Part shown: piece after piece, positions 9,110 to 19,038 of the stretch
Numbering within the stretch: position 1 is the stretch's first letter
Layout: each line of letters starts with the position of its first letter
Assembly (NCBI GenBank): GCA_963751455.1
Contig: CAVVUN010000009.1
Location: 160,001-224,000 of the forward strand
DNA from: Nitrospirota bacterium
GTDB lineage: Bacteria; Nitrospirota; UBA9217
Length of the DNA: 64,000 nt
Direction of reading: 5' to 3'
The notes under the pieces: model-generated
Databases searched by the model: none
What the model saw: the letters and a program-made list of their open reading frames with translations, nothing else
Told to the model about the DNA's origin: nothing
Translations under genes and position numbers: made by a program

Positions 9110-9374
9110 TATAATTTTAACTTAAAATAGGAAATTGGTTGTATTGACTCGGGCTTCTTTTTCTTGCTATGCTTCAATCAGCTGTCTTTGATTGTATGTT
9201 TAAAACTTCAACACATGAGTTCCTGTCTAATTATGTGAAACTATCCGCATTCTCCTCCTCTTGTGTCCCCGTTGGCCAAGCGGCGGCGTTAACATCTGTT
9301 CAAATCAACGGTGAAAATAACAAGGGACAAGTTCTAAAAGTTGAAAAAGATAATATATTTATTGGAGGCAGAAA

Positions 9375-10485
9375 ATGAGGCATTCAGGCAAGTGTTCACT
9401 GTTTATAGCACTGTCAATTTTCGTTTCAATTTCCGTTGCGTCAGCCGACGCCCCCCATAGCGCGTATTTGCGGCCTGTGGACCTCGGGACATCGGGGGGA
9501 AACATAAACGACGTGAGCAGTATCTATTGCTGCTCGGGCACGCTTGGCGCCCTTGTCCGGGATTCCGGAGGAACTCAATATATCTTAAGCAATAATCATG
9601 TTCTCGCCAGGACTAATAAAGGCCGGCAGGGCGACGTAATCACCCAACCCGGTCTTATCGACATGTTTTGTTCGCACGATACGAGTTACGGTGTTGCAAA
9701 TCTTTCCAGTTTCGTGCCGATATCGTTCAAAAAAGGTGCAAGGAACACGGTGGATGCGGCTATTGCCGTTACACAGAACGGGAAGATAGATCCATCCGGC
9801 GCGATCCTCGACATCGGCGCCATAAGCAGCCAGACAGTCAATGCCTCTCCAGGAATGCCGGTAAAAAAGAGCGGTCGCACAACGGGGCTTACTAGCGGAA
9901 CCATATCCGCGGTAAACGTTACGGTGGACGTTACTTATAACAAGATCTGCGGAGTCAGGATCTCAGAGGGCTCGTTTTCTGAACCAGATCGTGGTGAGCA
10001 GCGGCTCCGGCGCAACCTTTAGCGCAGGTGGTGATTCCGGTTCCCTGATCGTTCAGGACTGCTCGGCGAACCCGCGCGCCGTCGGACTTCTGTTTGCAGG
10101 GAGTTCCACATCGACCATTGCCAATCCGATTTCCAGCGCTTTGACGGCGCTCAATGTCAGCATGGTCGGGGGACCCGATTTCTGCGAACCTGCCGCAACT
10201 TCGGCTACATCTACGGGGGTGCTTGCCATGACGCCGAACTCGAATGCCAATTCCCGTGCAATCGAAGAGGCAACCAGGGTTAAGGAGCAACACGAGCATT
10301 CGATAATGAGCGTGCCCGGTGTGGCAGGAATGGGTGTTGGAATATCTACGACAAATCCCGATGAAGTCGTTGTAAAAGTATTTGTTTTAAGAGACCATGT
10401 CGAAAATGCGAGAAATCAAATTCCCGGAAAACTGAACGGCTTTAATGTGGAGATAGAGGAAACAGACGAGATCAGGGCTTTTTAA
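9375..10485 (+). pseudogene. Secreted trypsin-like (Nal1-like) serine protease with +1 frameshift near 9957
   Basis: LSNNHVL, VDAAIA, KSGRTTG in frame 1; GDSGS, VGLLFAGS in frame 2; removing A9957 joins the frames. Confidence 0.8.
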
Positions 10486-10501
10486 CACCAGATGAGTGCT
10501 T

Positions 10502-10547
10502 ACGGAAGGGATGCACGGTAATTTGTGCGTTCCTTTCCGTTTATTTC
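10502..10547 (+). terminator. Rho-independent terminator
   Basis: ACGGAAGGGATGCAC...GTGCGTTCCTTTCCGT-TTATTT. Confidence 0.65.
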
Positions 10548-10559
10548 AGAGGGCGGATA

Positions 10560-11069
10560 ATGACGGCAGAGAAGATAACCGCGCAAGGATTGCTGGTTGC
10601 TGCCGCGGCGCGCGAGGCAATTGAGATGGCGCTGCCGTCGATCGAAAAGGTGCTGCAGCGGCCGATGGGGAGCGGGTTTTACATATTGTGGTAATGGACC
10701 CTATGTCCAAATACGGCGGCACACCGTTCAACAAGGCGATCCTGTACGAACACAGCATCGGCGATCCTTCTACGCGGCACGCGGACTATCGGTCCTACGC
10801 GCGCGGGAAGGGCTGAACTTGCGTGGCGTTCGAACTGCGATACGCATCTGATCCAGGAAGTGCATCCGCATCTGCTTAAAATAGGCGACAGCCTGCTGTG
10901 AGGCGGAGTGTGCCGGGACGGAATCATCGTTGCCGCCAGCGGTGCGCATCCATGGTTTGATGAGGCATTTGCGAATGCCGTGGCAGGTTATCTGCTTGCG
11001 ATCGCGCACGAACGGGCACGGGCCGCGCGGGAAAAAGGCGCAGTTCTCGCGCGAAGCCAAGCCGCGTAA
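10560..11069 (+). pseudogene. GlcG/HbpS-like protein pseudogene (two frameshifts, one internal TGA)
   Basis: Reconstructed ...LHIVVMDP...AILYEHSIGD...ARGKAELAWR...GDSLL*GGVCRDGIIVAASGAHPWFDEAFA; TGA at 10899-10901; higher GC than flanks. Confidence 0.55.
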
Positions 11070-11112
11070 GCACGAATAAAGCATAACTAGTACAAAACGG
11101 CAGGCACATTTA

Positions 11113-11206
11113 CCGCGAAGTCGCGAGGAACGCGAGGAAAGCGAAATTCCCCTAATATGCCACAGAGATAGTATTGCCTTCCTGGCGACCTTTGCGCCCT
11201 CGCGGT
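11113..11206. repeat. Inverted 9-mer microrepeat element (CGCGAAG/CGCGAGG type)
   Basis: ccgcgaagt cgcgaggaa cgcgagg ... cctggcgac ctttgcgcc ctcgcgg. Confidence 0.55.
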
Positions 11207-11571
11207 TCAATCTTTTTAGTTCCGCCTTGTTGGCTTAAAGCACACCGTAATGACGTCGTGGAACTATTAACAACTAGGTTTACGTTGTCCGAAATCAAAA
11301 ACACTTTCAACCGCAAAAACGTGCAGGAGGACAAGTTGAAATGGTTTTACTTTAGTGAGTGATCTTTCGCTTCGTTCAGTGTGCCGCATTTTATTCTTTC
11401 GAAGTGGCACAGCCTCGGTGCAATGCCGGCCATTTTTCAGAAAAACGGATTAACGATCACGACCTTGATGATCTGATTGAGTTCATCAAGGCCCAAAGAA
11501 GGCATTAATAAGCATTCAAAAAGAACGCCAAAAAGACGAAATTGCCGTATTACATAAAAAAGGACTGTGCC

Positions 11572-12912
11572 ATGCAAGATGGAATCATCAGATCCATACG
11601 GCAAACCTTTGACATTCGCTATACATACCCGGTCATCTTTACTTCAGGAGTATTCAGGAACGGAAATCCGGTTCTCAGAAATGTTATTGCGGAATCCGGT
11701 GTGAAACACCCGAAGATACTGGTGATAGTTGACAGCGGCGTCGCCAAGCCGCGAGCTGATTTACAGGACGCCATTGAAGCGTTCATAAAAACGGACGCAG
11801 TTCTTCCTGATCTTGCCGCGCCTGTCTGCATACTACAGGGCGGGGAAGAGTGTAAAAATGACAGCGCTCATATAAATCTGATCCATGAATTGATAAACAA
11901 AGCCCGATTATGCCGGCATTCCCTTATCCTTGCCATAGGAGGCGGCGCCATGCTGGATGCGGCGGGATATGCGGCTGCGACGGCCCACAGAGGCATCGGA
12001 CTGATCCGGATGCCGACAACGACTCTTTCCCAGAACTACGCCGGGATCGGCTTGAAAAATGCCGTCAACTTGTTCGGGAGAAAAAATTTTATCGGGACCT
12101 TTGCCCCGCCGCAGGCGGTAATAAACGATTTTGATTTTCTGTCAACGCTTCCGGAAAAGGAAATGCGCGCCGGGATAGCAGAGGCGATAAAAATATCCCT
12201 TATCAAAGACCGGCCATTTTTCGATTTCCTCTATGCTGCCAGATACAGCCTTGCGCAATGCAATCCCGATTCGCTTCGGAAAATGATCATCAGATGCGCG
12301 CAGCTGCACCTGGCGCATACCATCCGGGAAGGCGATCCGTATGAAACCGGGCTGGCCCGTCCGCTGGATTTCGGCCACTGGTCCGCCCATAAACTGGAGG
12401 AGCTCACGAACGGAGCACTCGGGCACGGGGATGCAGTCGCGGTCGGGATTGCGCTTGATTCGGTATATTCATGGCGAAGGGGAATGCTGTCGATTGAAGA
12501 ACTGGTAAAAATACTTTCCGTTCTCGCGGATTGCGGCTTCGATTTATATCATCCCGCCCTCGCAGGCATGGACGTCGCCCGGGCATTCAGCGACTTCCAG
12601 GAACATTTAGGAGGGGATCTTACCATACCCCTGATCTGCGGGATAGGAAACGGGATCGAAGTAAATTCAATAGACCTGTCCGTATATTCCGAATGCATAG
12701 CGGATCTTGCGGCCAGCAAAGGAGATCAGGATGAAATAAATCAAGCGCCCCAAGACCGGCAAAGAAATATTCGATACGAATTTTCCGAAAGAACCGGCCA
12801 GGAATCCTTGATGTTGTGTCACTCCGGAACTGATCCAGCCGCAGCTCATTCCCGAGCTGCACAAGCATGCCATACCATCATAGATATTGCCGGAACCAAA
12901 ATTACCATTTGA
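11572..12912 (+). CDS. 3-dehydroquinate synthase-like sugar phosphate cyclase (EboD-like)
   Basis: YPVIFT, GGEECKN, IGGGAMLD, PTT, KNFIGTFAPP, ARPLDFGHWSAHKLE, HGDAVAVG, FQEHLGG; atypical C-terminal tail. Confidence 0.82.
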   Translation: MQDGIIRSIRQTFDIRYTYPVIFTSGVFRNGNPVLRNVIAESGVKHPKILVIVDSGVAKPRADLQDAIEAFIKTDAVLPDLAAPVCILQGGEECKNDSAHINLIHELINKARLCRHSLILAIGGGAMLDAAGYAAATAHRGIGLIRMPTTTLSQNYAGIGLKNAVNLFGRKNFIGTFAPPQAVINDFDFLSTLPEKEMRAGIAEAIKISLIKDRPFFDFLYAARYSLAQCNPDSLRKMIIRCAQLHLAHTIREGDPYETGLARPLDFGHWSAHKLEELTNGALGHGDAVAVGIALDSVYSWRRGMLSIEELVKILSVLADCGFDLYHPALAGMDVARAFSDFQEHLGGDLTIPLICGIGNGIEVNSIDLSVYSECIADLAASKGDQDEINQAPQDRQRNIRYEFSERTGQESLMLCHSGTDPAAAHSRAAQACHTIIDIAGTKITI

Positions 12913-12975
12913 GTCTCTGCTTTCTCTGTGATAGACTGCTGGCTAATACCCTATTGTTCAGAGCCAGGAGGTTCT

Positions 12976-13743
12976 ATGTTCTGCCCCAAGTGCGGCAAAG
13001 AGGTAAGCGAAGGCCAGATCTTCTGTCAGTATTGCGGAGCAAGACTCGTTGAAGAGGCTTTTCCGGCTGCCGAAGCGTCAACAAGTCAGTTGAGCACCAG
13101 GGAGAAGACGCCCTGGGAGGACCGTGAGGCTCGCGGATTTTTCAACGGACTGTTCGCAACCATGAGAGAGGTTTTGCTGCGGCCTTCGGAATTTTTTAAA
13201 AAAATGCCGCTGACCGGCGGTCTAACCGATCCGCTGCTGTACGGGCTGATCATCGGAATGGTCGGCCTCATGGTTTCGTATATGTGGCAGCTGGCTTTTA
13301 AGGGCGCCATGAACGACATGATGCCCGGAATGCATGCCGGAACAGGACAACAGTTTTTTCACGGCGCAGGGATCGCGGTCCTCGCTTTTTTTACGCCTTT
13401 TCTGATCATTCTCGGCCTTTTTTTGTCATCGGGCGTTCTTCACCTTTTTCTCATGATGGTCAAGGGAGCGCGGCAGAGTTTTGAGGCCACCTTCAGAGTA
13501 GTTGCATACGGCTACAGCCCGAATATTTTTCTTGTTCTTCCGTTTTGCGGCGGCATCATTGCCGCGGTATGGGGGATCGTCCTCGCCATCATCGGTCTCC
13601 GGGAAGCGCATGAAATTACGGGGGGCAAGGCGGCTTTTGCCGTTTTTCTGCCGGTCATCGTTTGCTGCGGAATGATTACGATTGCGGCAGCTGCGTTCAT
13701 GAGTCTCGTGGCGGCTTCGTTCGGATCGTTGATGCGGTTTTAG
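12976..13743 (+). CDS. Zinc-ribbon YIP1 family membrane protein
   Basis: RBS AGGAGG; CPKCG/CQYCG ribbon; TPWED; FEATFRVVAY. Confidence 0.85.
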   Translation: MFCPKCGKEVSEGQIFCQYCGARLVEEAFPAAEASTSQLSTREKTPWEDREARGFFNGLFATMREVLLRPSEFFKKMPLTGGLTDPLLYGLIIGMVGLMVSYMWQLAFKGAMNDMMPGMHAGTGQQFFHGAGIAVLAFFTPFLIILGLFLSSGVLHLFLMMVKGARQSFEATFRVVAYGYSPNIFLVLPFCGGIIAAVWGIVLAIIGLREAHEITGGKAAFAVFLPVIVCCGMITIAAAAFMSLVAASFGSLMRF

Positions 13744-13792
13744 AGTAAGAATGCTTCTTTAAATAATAAGAAATGCCAGGAAAAAAGTATTT

Positions 13793-14059
13793 GCCACAGA
13801 GCACACAGAGATTGAGAGGGAAAACAAGCAATCTCTATTTTGATCCTGGAAGATTTTTTGTAACTACTCAGGTCATTTTTTAATCCGCAGATCACGCAGA
13901 TTTCGCAGATAAAAACAAAACCTGAATTCTGGTTTTAAAATCTGCGTCCATCTGCGAAATCTGCGGATAGAAGGCTTTTTCTCAGATTTGTCTTAATGCC
14001 GTTCTGAAAAGAAGCTGAATAGTTACGATTTTTTAAGTGTTCTCGGTGACCTCTGTGGT
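13793..14059. repeat. Inverted 9-mer element (CCACAGAG...CTCTGTGG) interrupted by MITE copy 2
   Basis: gccacagag cacacagag ... ctcggtgac ctctgtggt. Confidence 0.55.
13860..14026 (-). mobile_element. MITE family A, copy 2 (reverse orientation)
   Basis: Near reverse complement of 8944-9109; TSD GATTTTTT (13852-13859 / 14027-14034). Confidence 0.88.
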
Positions 14060-14098
14060 TAAAAGAATTTCAAGCTTGTAAGGGTTACAAAATAAACC

Positions 14099-14506
14099 AT
14101 GATTGCGGCCTTATCCAAAAAAAGGGACGGGCAGATAGAATTCGGTATTATCTACGGCGGGATCGCGCTTTTAGCCCTTTTTGCCTCCCGGTTTCTTCCC
14201 GTTTTCTCTATTGCGCCCGCGTGCGCCTTTAAAGCGCTCTTCGGGTTGCCGTGCCCGACATGCGGCTCGACACGGTCCTTGGTCTATCTATCCCGAACCG
14301 ATTTTTCTTCCGCTTTTTTAATGAATCCGTTAATTGCGCTCTGTGCGGCCGGCGCTGTTCTCTGGCTGCTGTACAGCGTGATAACGCTTGTTTTCGGTTT
14401 GCCGAGAATCGGACTGACTCTCACGGAAAGCGAGAAGGATATTTTCCGCATTTCCGCTGTTCTTATTGCCCTGATGAACTGGCTTTTTATCATTGTAACC
14501 GTATAA
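14099..14506 (+). CDS. DUF2752 domain membrane protein
   Basis: CAFKALFGLPCPTCGSTRS...AFLMNPL. Confidence 0.85.
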   Translation: MIAALSKKRDGQIEFGIIYGGIALLALFASRFLPVFSIAPACAFKALFGLPCPTCGSTRSLVYLSRTDFSSAFLMNPLIALCAAGAVLWLLYSVITLVFGLPRIGLTLTESEKDIFRISAVLIALMNWLFIIVTV

Positions 14507-14664
14507 TATCGCCATTCATAAACAAGGCAGCCAGCTTATTTCCCGTTCAATAGCCCGGGCACTTTCACAGCACTTATCAATAATATGTTTACATTTAATC
14601 AATGTTATGTTAATATAACAATCTTTAGATTATTCCACATTTTCCGTTATTTACGGGAGTCAGC

Positions 14665-15657
14665 ATGAGCCGTGTCGTTATCGGAGTGGATCTGGGTGGC
14701 ACGAATCTAAGAACCGCTATCGTAGACCCGGAGGGGAAGATTCTTGACAGACGCAAGGAGGCAACGTACGCGGCCGAGGGCTGGAAGAATGTGGTTGCCA
14801 GACTGTCTGAAAACATCAAGAGGGTGCGCGACGGCGCGCTGAAGAAAGGTTTTGAAGTTAGCGCAATCGGCGTTGGTGCGCCCGGAGTAATTCAGGGGGA
14901 CACCGGCATAGTCGTAAAGTCCCCGAACTTTCCGGACTGGAATAAACTTCCGCTCAAGGACCTTCTTGAAAAAGAATTCCGTGTTCCCGTACATATCGAG
15001 AACGATGCAAATGCGGCAGCGCTCGGGGAACAATGGCGCGGGGCTGCGGGCGGCATCCGGAGCATGATTTTCCTTACCCTTGGCACCGGCGTCGGGGGCG
15101 GGATAATACTGGACAACAGGATCTGGCAGGGTGCGGACGGAATGGCGGGCGAAATAGGGCATATGACGCTCGTTCCCGAAGGAAGGCCGTGTACGTGCGG
15201 CAATACCGGCTGCCTCGAAATGTACGCTTCAGCACGCGGCATTGTCCAAAGCTACCGGGAAGAATTGAGTGCATCGGTCGGTTCCGATTCCGGCCAAGTG
15301 ATCACCTCGCAGCAGGTGTACGACGCCGCGAAGGCAGGGAACGAAACAGCTGTCCGGATAATGAACAGGATGGGCCGGATGCTCGGCATCGGCATCGCCA
15401 GCCTCATAAACATCTTCAATCCCGAGCGGATCGTGATCGGGGGCGGAGTAATGGATGCGTGGCCCCTGTTCATTCAGGCAACGCGCGAGGAAATCAGGAA
15501 GCGCGCCTTCGAGATTCCTGCCAACCGCACCGAGATCGTGCAATCGCAGCTTGGTGATGACGCGGGCATTATCGGCGCCGCAGCCGTCGCGTTTCAGCAG
15601 CAGGAAAGAGAAGCGGCAATAATAGAGCAGCATCGGAGGAAAACAAGTACCAGATAA
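14665..15657 (+). CDS. glk: ROK family sugar kinase (glucokinase)
   Basis: GVDLGGT, ENDANAAALGE, GTGVGGG, GEIGH, CTCGNTGCLE. Confidence 0.88.
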   Translation: MSRVVIGVDLGGTNLRTAIVDPEGKILDRRKEATYAAEGWKNVVARLSENIKRVRDGALKKGFEVSAIGVGAPGVIQGDTGIVVKSPNFPDWNKLPLKDLLEKEFRVPVHIENDANAAALGEQWRGAAGGIRSMIFLTLGTGVGGGIILDNRIWQGADGMAGEIGHMTLVPEGRPCTCGNTGCLEMYASARGIVQSYREELSASVGSDSGQVITSQQVYDAAKAGNETAVRIMNRMGRMLGIGIASLINIFNPERIVIGGGVMDAWPLFIQATREEIRKRAFEIPANRTEIVQSQLGDDAGIIGAAAVAFQQQEREAAIIEQHRRKTSTR

Positions 15658-15721
15658 CAAACACCACATGACAAATAAATTCCTAGAAGCGGATGCGAAA
15701 TTGTAAACGTTCTTGAAAATT

Positions 15722-15854
15722 GATGCATTCGTAAAAAGTCGTCTCCCCGGTGAAAACCGGGGTCCAGTAAACATTGAACTCATTGAAAAGACTGGATACC
15801 GGCTTTCGCCGGTATGACGAAATAGGGCTTATTCTGACTTCTTACGATTTCATC
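15722..15854. mobile_element. MITE family B (GATG...CATC ends) carrying a REP-like double hairpin
   Basis: Imperfect TIR GATGCATTCGTAAAAAGTC / GACTTCTTACGATTTCATC; 6-bp TSD AAAATT; internal CCCCGGTGAAAACCGGGG and TACCGGCTTTCGCCGGTA. Confidence 0.75.
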
Positions 15855-15933
15855 AAAATTGCGTCGCGTTTGAAATTTGATGTGTTGGAATTTATTTGGG
15901 ATTTGGCATTTGTAATTTGGAATTTAAGACAGT

Positions 15934-17742
15934 ATGTCCAGTAAGAACATCAGAAATTTCTGCATCATCGCTCATATTGATCACGGAAAGTCGACTCTTG
16001 CAGACAGAATCTTGGAATATACCGGCGCGCTTTCTGACCGCGAGATGGCGGCCGCAGGCAGCGACCAGGTTCTCGATGATATGGATCTCGAACGCGAGCG
16101 GGGCATCACGATCAAGGCACATGCCGTGCGGCTCAGGTACACTGCGTCCGACGGCCAGGAATATGTTCTGAACCTTATCGATACACCCGGGCATGTAGAC
16201 TTTACGTATGAAGTTTCGCGCAGCATGGCTGCGTGCGAAGGCGCGCTGCTTGTGGTTGACGCGTCCCAGGGCGTTGAGGCGCAGACCCTCGCCAACGCGT
16301 ACCTTGCCATCGACCATAATCTCGAGATAGTTCCGGTAATCAACAAGATCGACCTACCGAGCGCCGACATCGAAGAAGTGAAACACCAGATTGAGGACAT
16401 GGTCGGGCTTGATTCCTCAGGCGCGATTCCGACAAGCGCCAAGGCGGGTATCGGGACCAAAGAAGTGCTCGAGGCGGTCGTAAAAAGAATTCCCCCGCCG
16501 TCGGGAAAAACAGACGGTCCGTTCCGTGCCCTTCTGTTCGACTCCTGGTACGATACCTACCAGGGTGTGGTCATCCTGGTCAGGGTCGTGGACGGGGCCG
16601 TACGGCCGAAGATGAAGATCAAATTGAATTCAACCGGCGCCGTATACGAGGTCCAGTCGGTCGGGATTTTTACGCCGAAGCTGCAAACGACGACGGAACT
16701 CGCGCAGGGCGACGTGGGATGCATCATTGCAGGCATCAAGAGAGTTTCGGACGCCAAGATCGGCGATACCGTCATGGACGCCGAACAGGCTGCCGCGCCG
16801 CTGCCCGGGTATAAAGAGGTGAAGCCCATGGTCTTCGCCGGCCTTTACCCGGTTATCAGTGACGATTACGCTGACCTGCGGGACGCGCTCGAGAAACTGC
16901 GGCTGAACGATTCGTCCTTCAGCTATGAGCCGGAGACCTCGCTTGCGTTGGGCTTCGGCTTCCGTTGCGGATTCCTGGGGCTTCTGCACATGGACATCGT
17001 GAAGGAACGGCTGGAGCGTGAGTTCCAGCTCGACCTTATTCCCACCGCGCCCACGGTCGTTTACCGGGTGACGAAGAATAACGGCGAAATCGTGATGGTG
17101 GACAATCCTTCAACGCTGCCGGGGATACAGGAAATCCAGCGCATCGAGGAGCCGATCATTATGGCCTCGCTAATCACGCCTGAACAGTATATCGGGTCGC
17201 TCATCGCGTTATGCCAGGAGCGGCGAGGAATTCAGAAGGAGATCACGTATATTACCAAGGACCGGGTGCTCCTCAGCTACGAGCTCCCCCTGAATGAGAT
17301 CGTCATGGATTTCTACGATAAGCTCAAATCCCTGACCAAGGGCTATGCTTCGCTTGATTATGACTTATCGGGATATCAGGAATCCGATCTGGTCAAACTC
17401 GACATGCTTCTGAACGGGGAGCCGGTCGACGCGCTGTCGCTCATCACGCACCGGGAAAAGGCTGCGATTCGCGGCAGACAGCTGGCGGAAAAACTGAAGG
17501 AAGTCATCCCGCGCCAGATGTACGAAGTGGTGATCCAGGCGGCAATCGGCGCAAAGATCATCGCCCGTGAGACGGTCAGGGCTCTTCGCAAGGATGTAAC
17601 GGCAAAGTGCTACGGGGGCGATATAACCAGGAAACGCAAACTTCTGGAAAAACAGAAGGAAGGCAAAAAGCGGATGAAGCAGGTCGGAAGCGTGGAACTG
17701 CCGCAGGAAGCGTTTCTCGCGGTGCTGAAGGTAGGAGAGTAG
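15934..17742 (+). CDS. lepA: Elongation factor 4 (LepA)
   Basis: [46 protein letters not shown]. Confidence 0.98.
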   Translation: MSSKNIRNFCIIAHIDHGKSTLADRILEYTGALSDREMAAAGSDQVLDDMDLERERGITIKAHAVRLRYTASDGQEYVLNLIDTPGHVDFTYEVSRSMAACEGALLVVDASQGVEAQTLANAYLAIDHNLEIVPVINKIDLPSADIEEVKHQIEDMVGLDSSGAIPTSAKAGIGTKEVLEAVVKRIPPPSGKTDGPFRALLFDSWYDTYQGVVILVRVVDGAVRPKMKIKLNSTGAVYEVQSVGIFTPKLQTTTELAQGDVGCIIAGIKRVSDAKIGDTVMDAEQAAAPLPGYKEVKPMVFAGLYPVISDDYADLRDALEKLRLNDSSFSYEPETSLALGFGFRCGFLGLLHMDIVKERLEREFQLDLIPTAPTVVYRVTKNNGEIVMVDNPSTLPGIQEIQRIEEPIIMASLITPEQYIGSLIALCQERRGIQKEITYITKDRVLLSYELPLNEIVMDFYDKLKSLTKGYASLDYDLSGYQESDLVKLDMLLNGEPVDALSLITHREKAAIRGRQLAEKLKEVIPRQMYEVVIQAAIGAKIIARETVRALRKDVTAKCYGGDITRKRKLLEKQKEGKKRMKQVGSVELPQEAFLAVLKVGE

Positions 17743-17751
17743 AGCCAATAG

Positions 17752-17845
17752 AATTGTAAATTGCAAATTGGAAATTGAAGATTGTATTTGCGGTGAGGAT
17801 CTTTAATTTTTCATTTTCCAATTTTCAATTTCAAATTTACAATTG
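17752..17845. repeat. Inverted heptamer microrepeat element
   Basis: aattgta aattgca aattgga aattgaa ... ttttcca attttca atttcaa atttaca att. Confidence 0.7.
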
Positions 17846-17872
17846 CGGACTCGTGGTCCGCACGGAGGTCTG

Positions 17873-18580
17873 ATGCCCGAGGCACAGCCGGAAAATAAAA
17901 AAAAGAAGTCTCTTTATAAGGAATGGATCGAACCGTTCCTTATTGCAGCAGTCGTCGCCCTGTTTATAAGGCAGTTCGCGGTAGAGGCCTTCAAAATACC
18001 GTCCGGATCCATGATCCCGACACTTACCATCGGCGACCATCTGCTCGTAAATAAATTCATTTATGGTCCCAGGATTCCCTTTACCGACAGCAGGATATTC
18101 AACTGGAAGGAACCGAAGCGCGGGGACATCATAGTATTCAAATATCCCGAGAATGAAGACAAAAATTTCATCAAACGGGTCGTTGGATTGCCCGGAGACA
18201 AAATTGAGATAAAGAACGGGAAGCTTTTTCTCAACGACGCGCCCGTACCGGTCACGGAAGCCGGCATGTATGACGGCAAGGAGCAGACATCGGGGTTTCC
18301 CTATTACGCCAAGCCGAAGCTCCTGGACGAGCAACTGGGCATCGTAAAGCACCGCATCATGTATTTGCGCGACCAGGCCGGTTACAATTTCGGACCGAAA
18401 ATCGTGCCTCCGGAATCGGTCTTTGTAATGGGCGATAACCGTGACAACAGCCAGGACAGCCGGGTTTGGGGATTTGTTAAATTCAACAAGATCCTCGGCA
18501 GGGCGCTTATTATTTACTGGTCATGGGACGGCAACGGCAGATGGGTGCGATGGGAGCGGCTCGGCACGCTGATAAAATAA
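17873..18580 (+). CDS. lepB: Signal peptidase I
   Basis: IPSGSMIPTL, FIKRVVG, GDNRDNSQDSR. Confidence 0.97.
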   Translation: MPEAQPENKKKKSLYKEWIEPFLIAAVVALFIRQFAVEAFKIPSGSMIPTLTIGDHLLVNKFIYGPRIPFTDSRIFNWKEPKRGDIIVFKYPENEDKNFIKRVVGLPGDKIEIKNGKLFLNDAPVPVTEAGMYDGKEQTSGFPYYAKPKLLDEQLGIVKHRIMYLRDQAGYNFGPKIVPPESVFVMGDNRDNSQDSRVWGFVKFNKILGRALIIYWSWDGNGRWVRWERLGTLIK

Positions 18581-18594
18581 CCAGGGAGGGTGGC

Positions 18595-18978
18595 ATGGCT
18601 TTTTTCTCAGACCAAAAGGGAGCGAGCAGGCTGAAAGTACTGCTTATTCTGGTTGTATTGTTCCTCGCTATTCATTCCGGAATGAAAGTATTGTCCATGT
18701 ACATGGATTTTGAACGGATGCACGACGAGATGAAAATGAAGGCCGGTCTTGCTCAGATATTGAAGGACGATGAGATACTGAGAGACCTGGTACAAAAAGC
18801 CGAAGAGCTTGATCTGCCCCTGACAAAGGAAAGCTTCGTTCTCAGGAGAGACGAGGAACATCGCAGAATGTATGTCAGCACGCAGTGGGACGTTGAAGTC
18901 CATTTTCTCTGGGGGGCATATATCCGCACGTTCCATTTCGCTCCTGCTGTCGATGAAAATTTCATGAGCGTACGGTAA
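18595..18978 (+). CDS. DUF4845-like pilin-type small protein
   Basis: QKGASRL plus hydrophobic helix; typical position after lepB. Confidence 0.7.
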   Translation: MAFFSDQKGASRLKVLLILVVLFLAIHSGMKVLSMYMDFERMHDEMKMKAGLAQILKDDEILRDLVQKAEELDLPLTKESFVLRRDEEHRRMYVSTQWDVEVHFLWGAYIRTFHFAPAVDENFMSVR

Positions 18979-19038
18979 GCGGCTGATTTGACAATTCGAG
19001 GCCGGCGGCGTAGTATTTCCGGCGATAAGGCGGTGCTC

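Noticed and set aside
10899-10901. In-frame TGA as selenocysteine or recoded Trp
   Set aside because: The same gene has two frameshifts, no SECIS-like hairpin was recognised, and TGA is a normal stop elsewhere in the window
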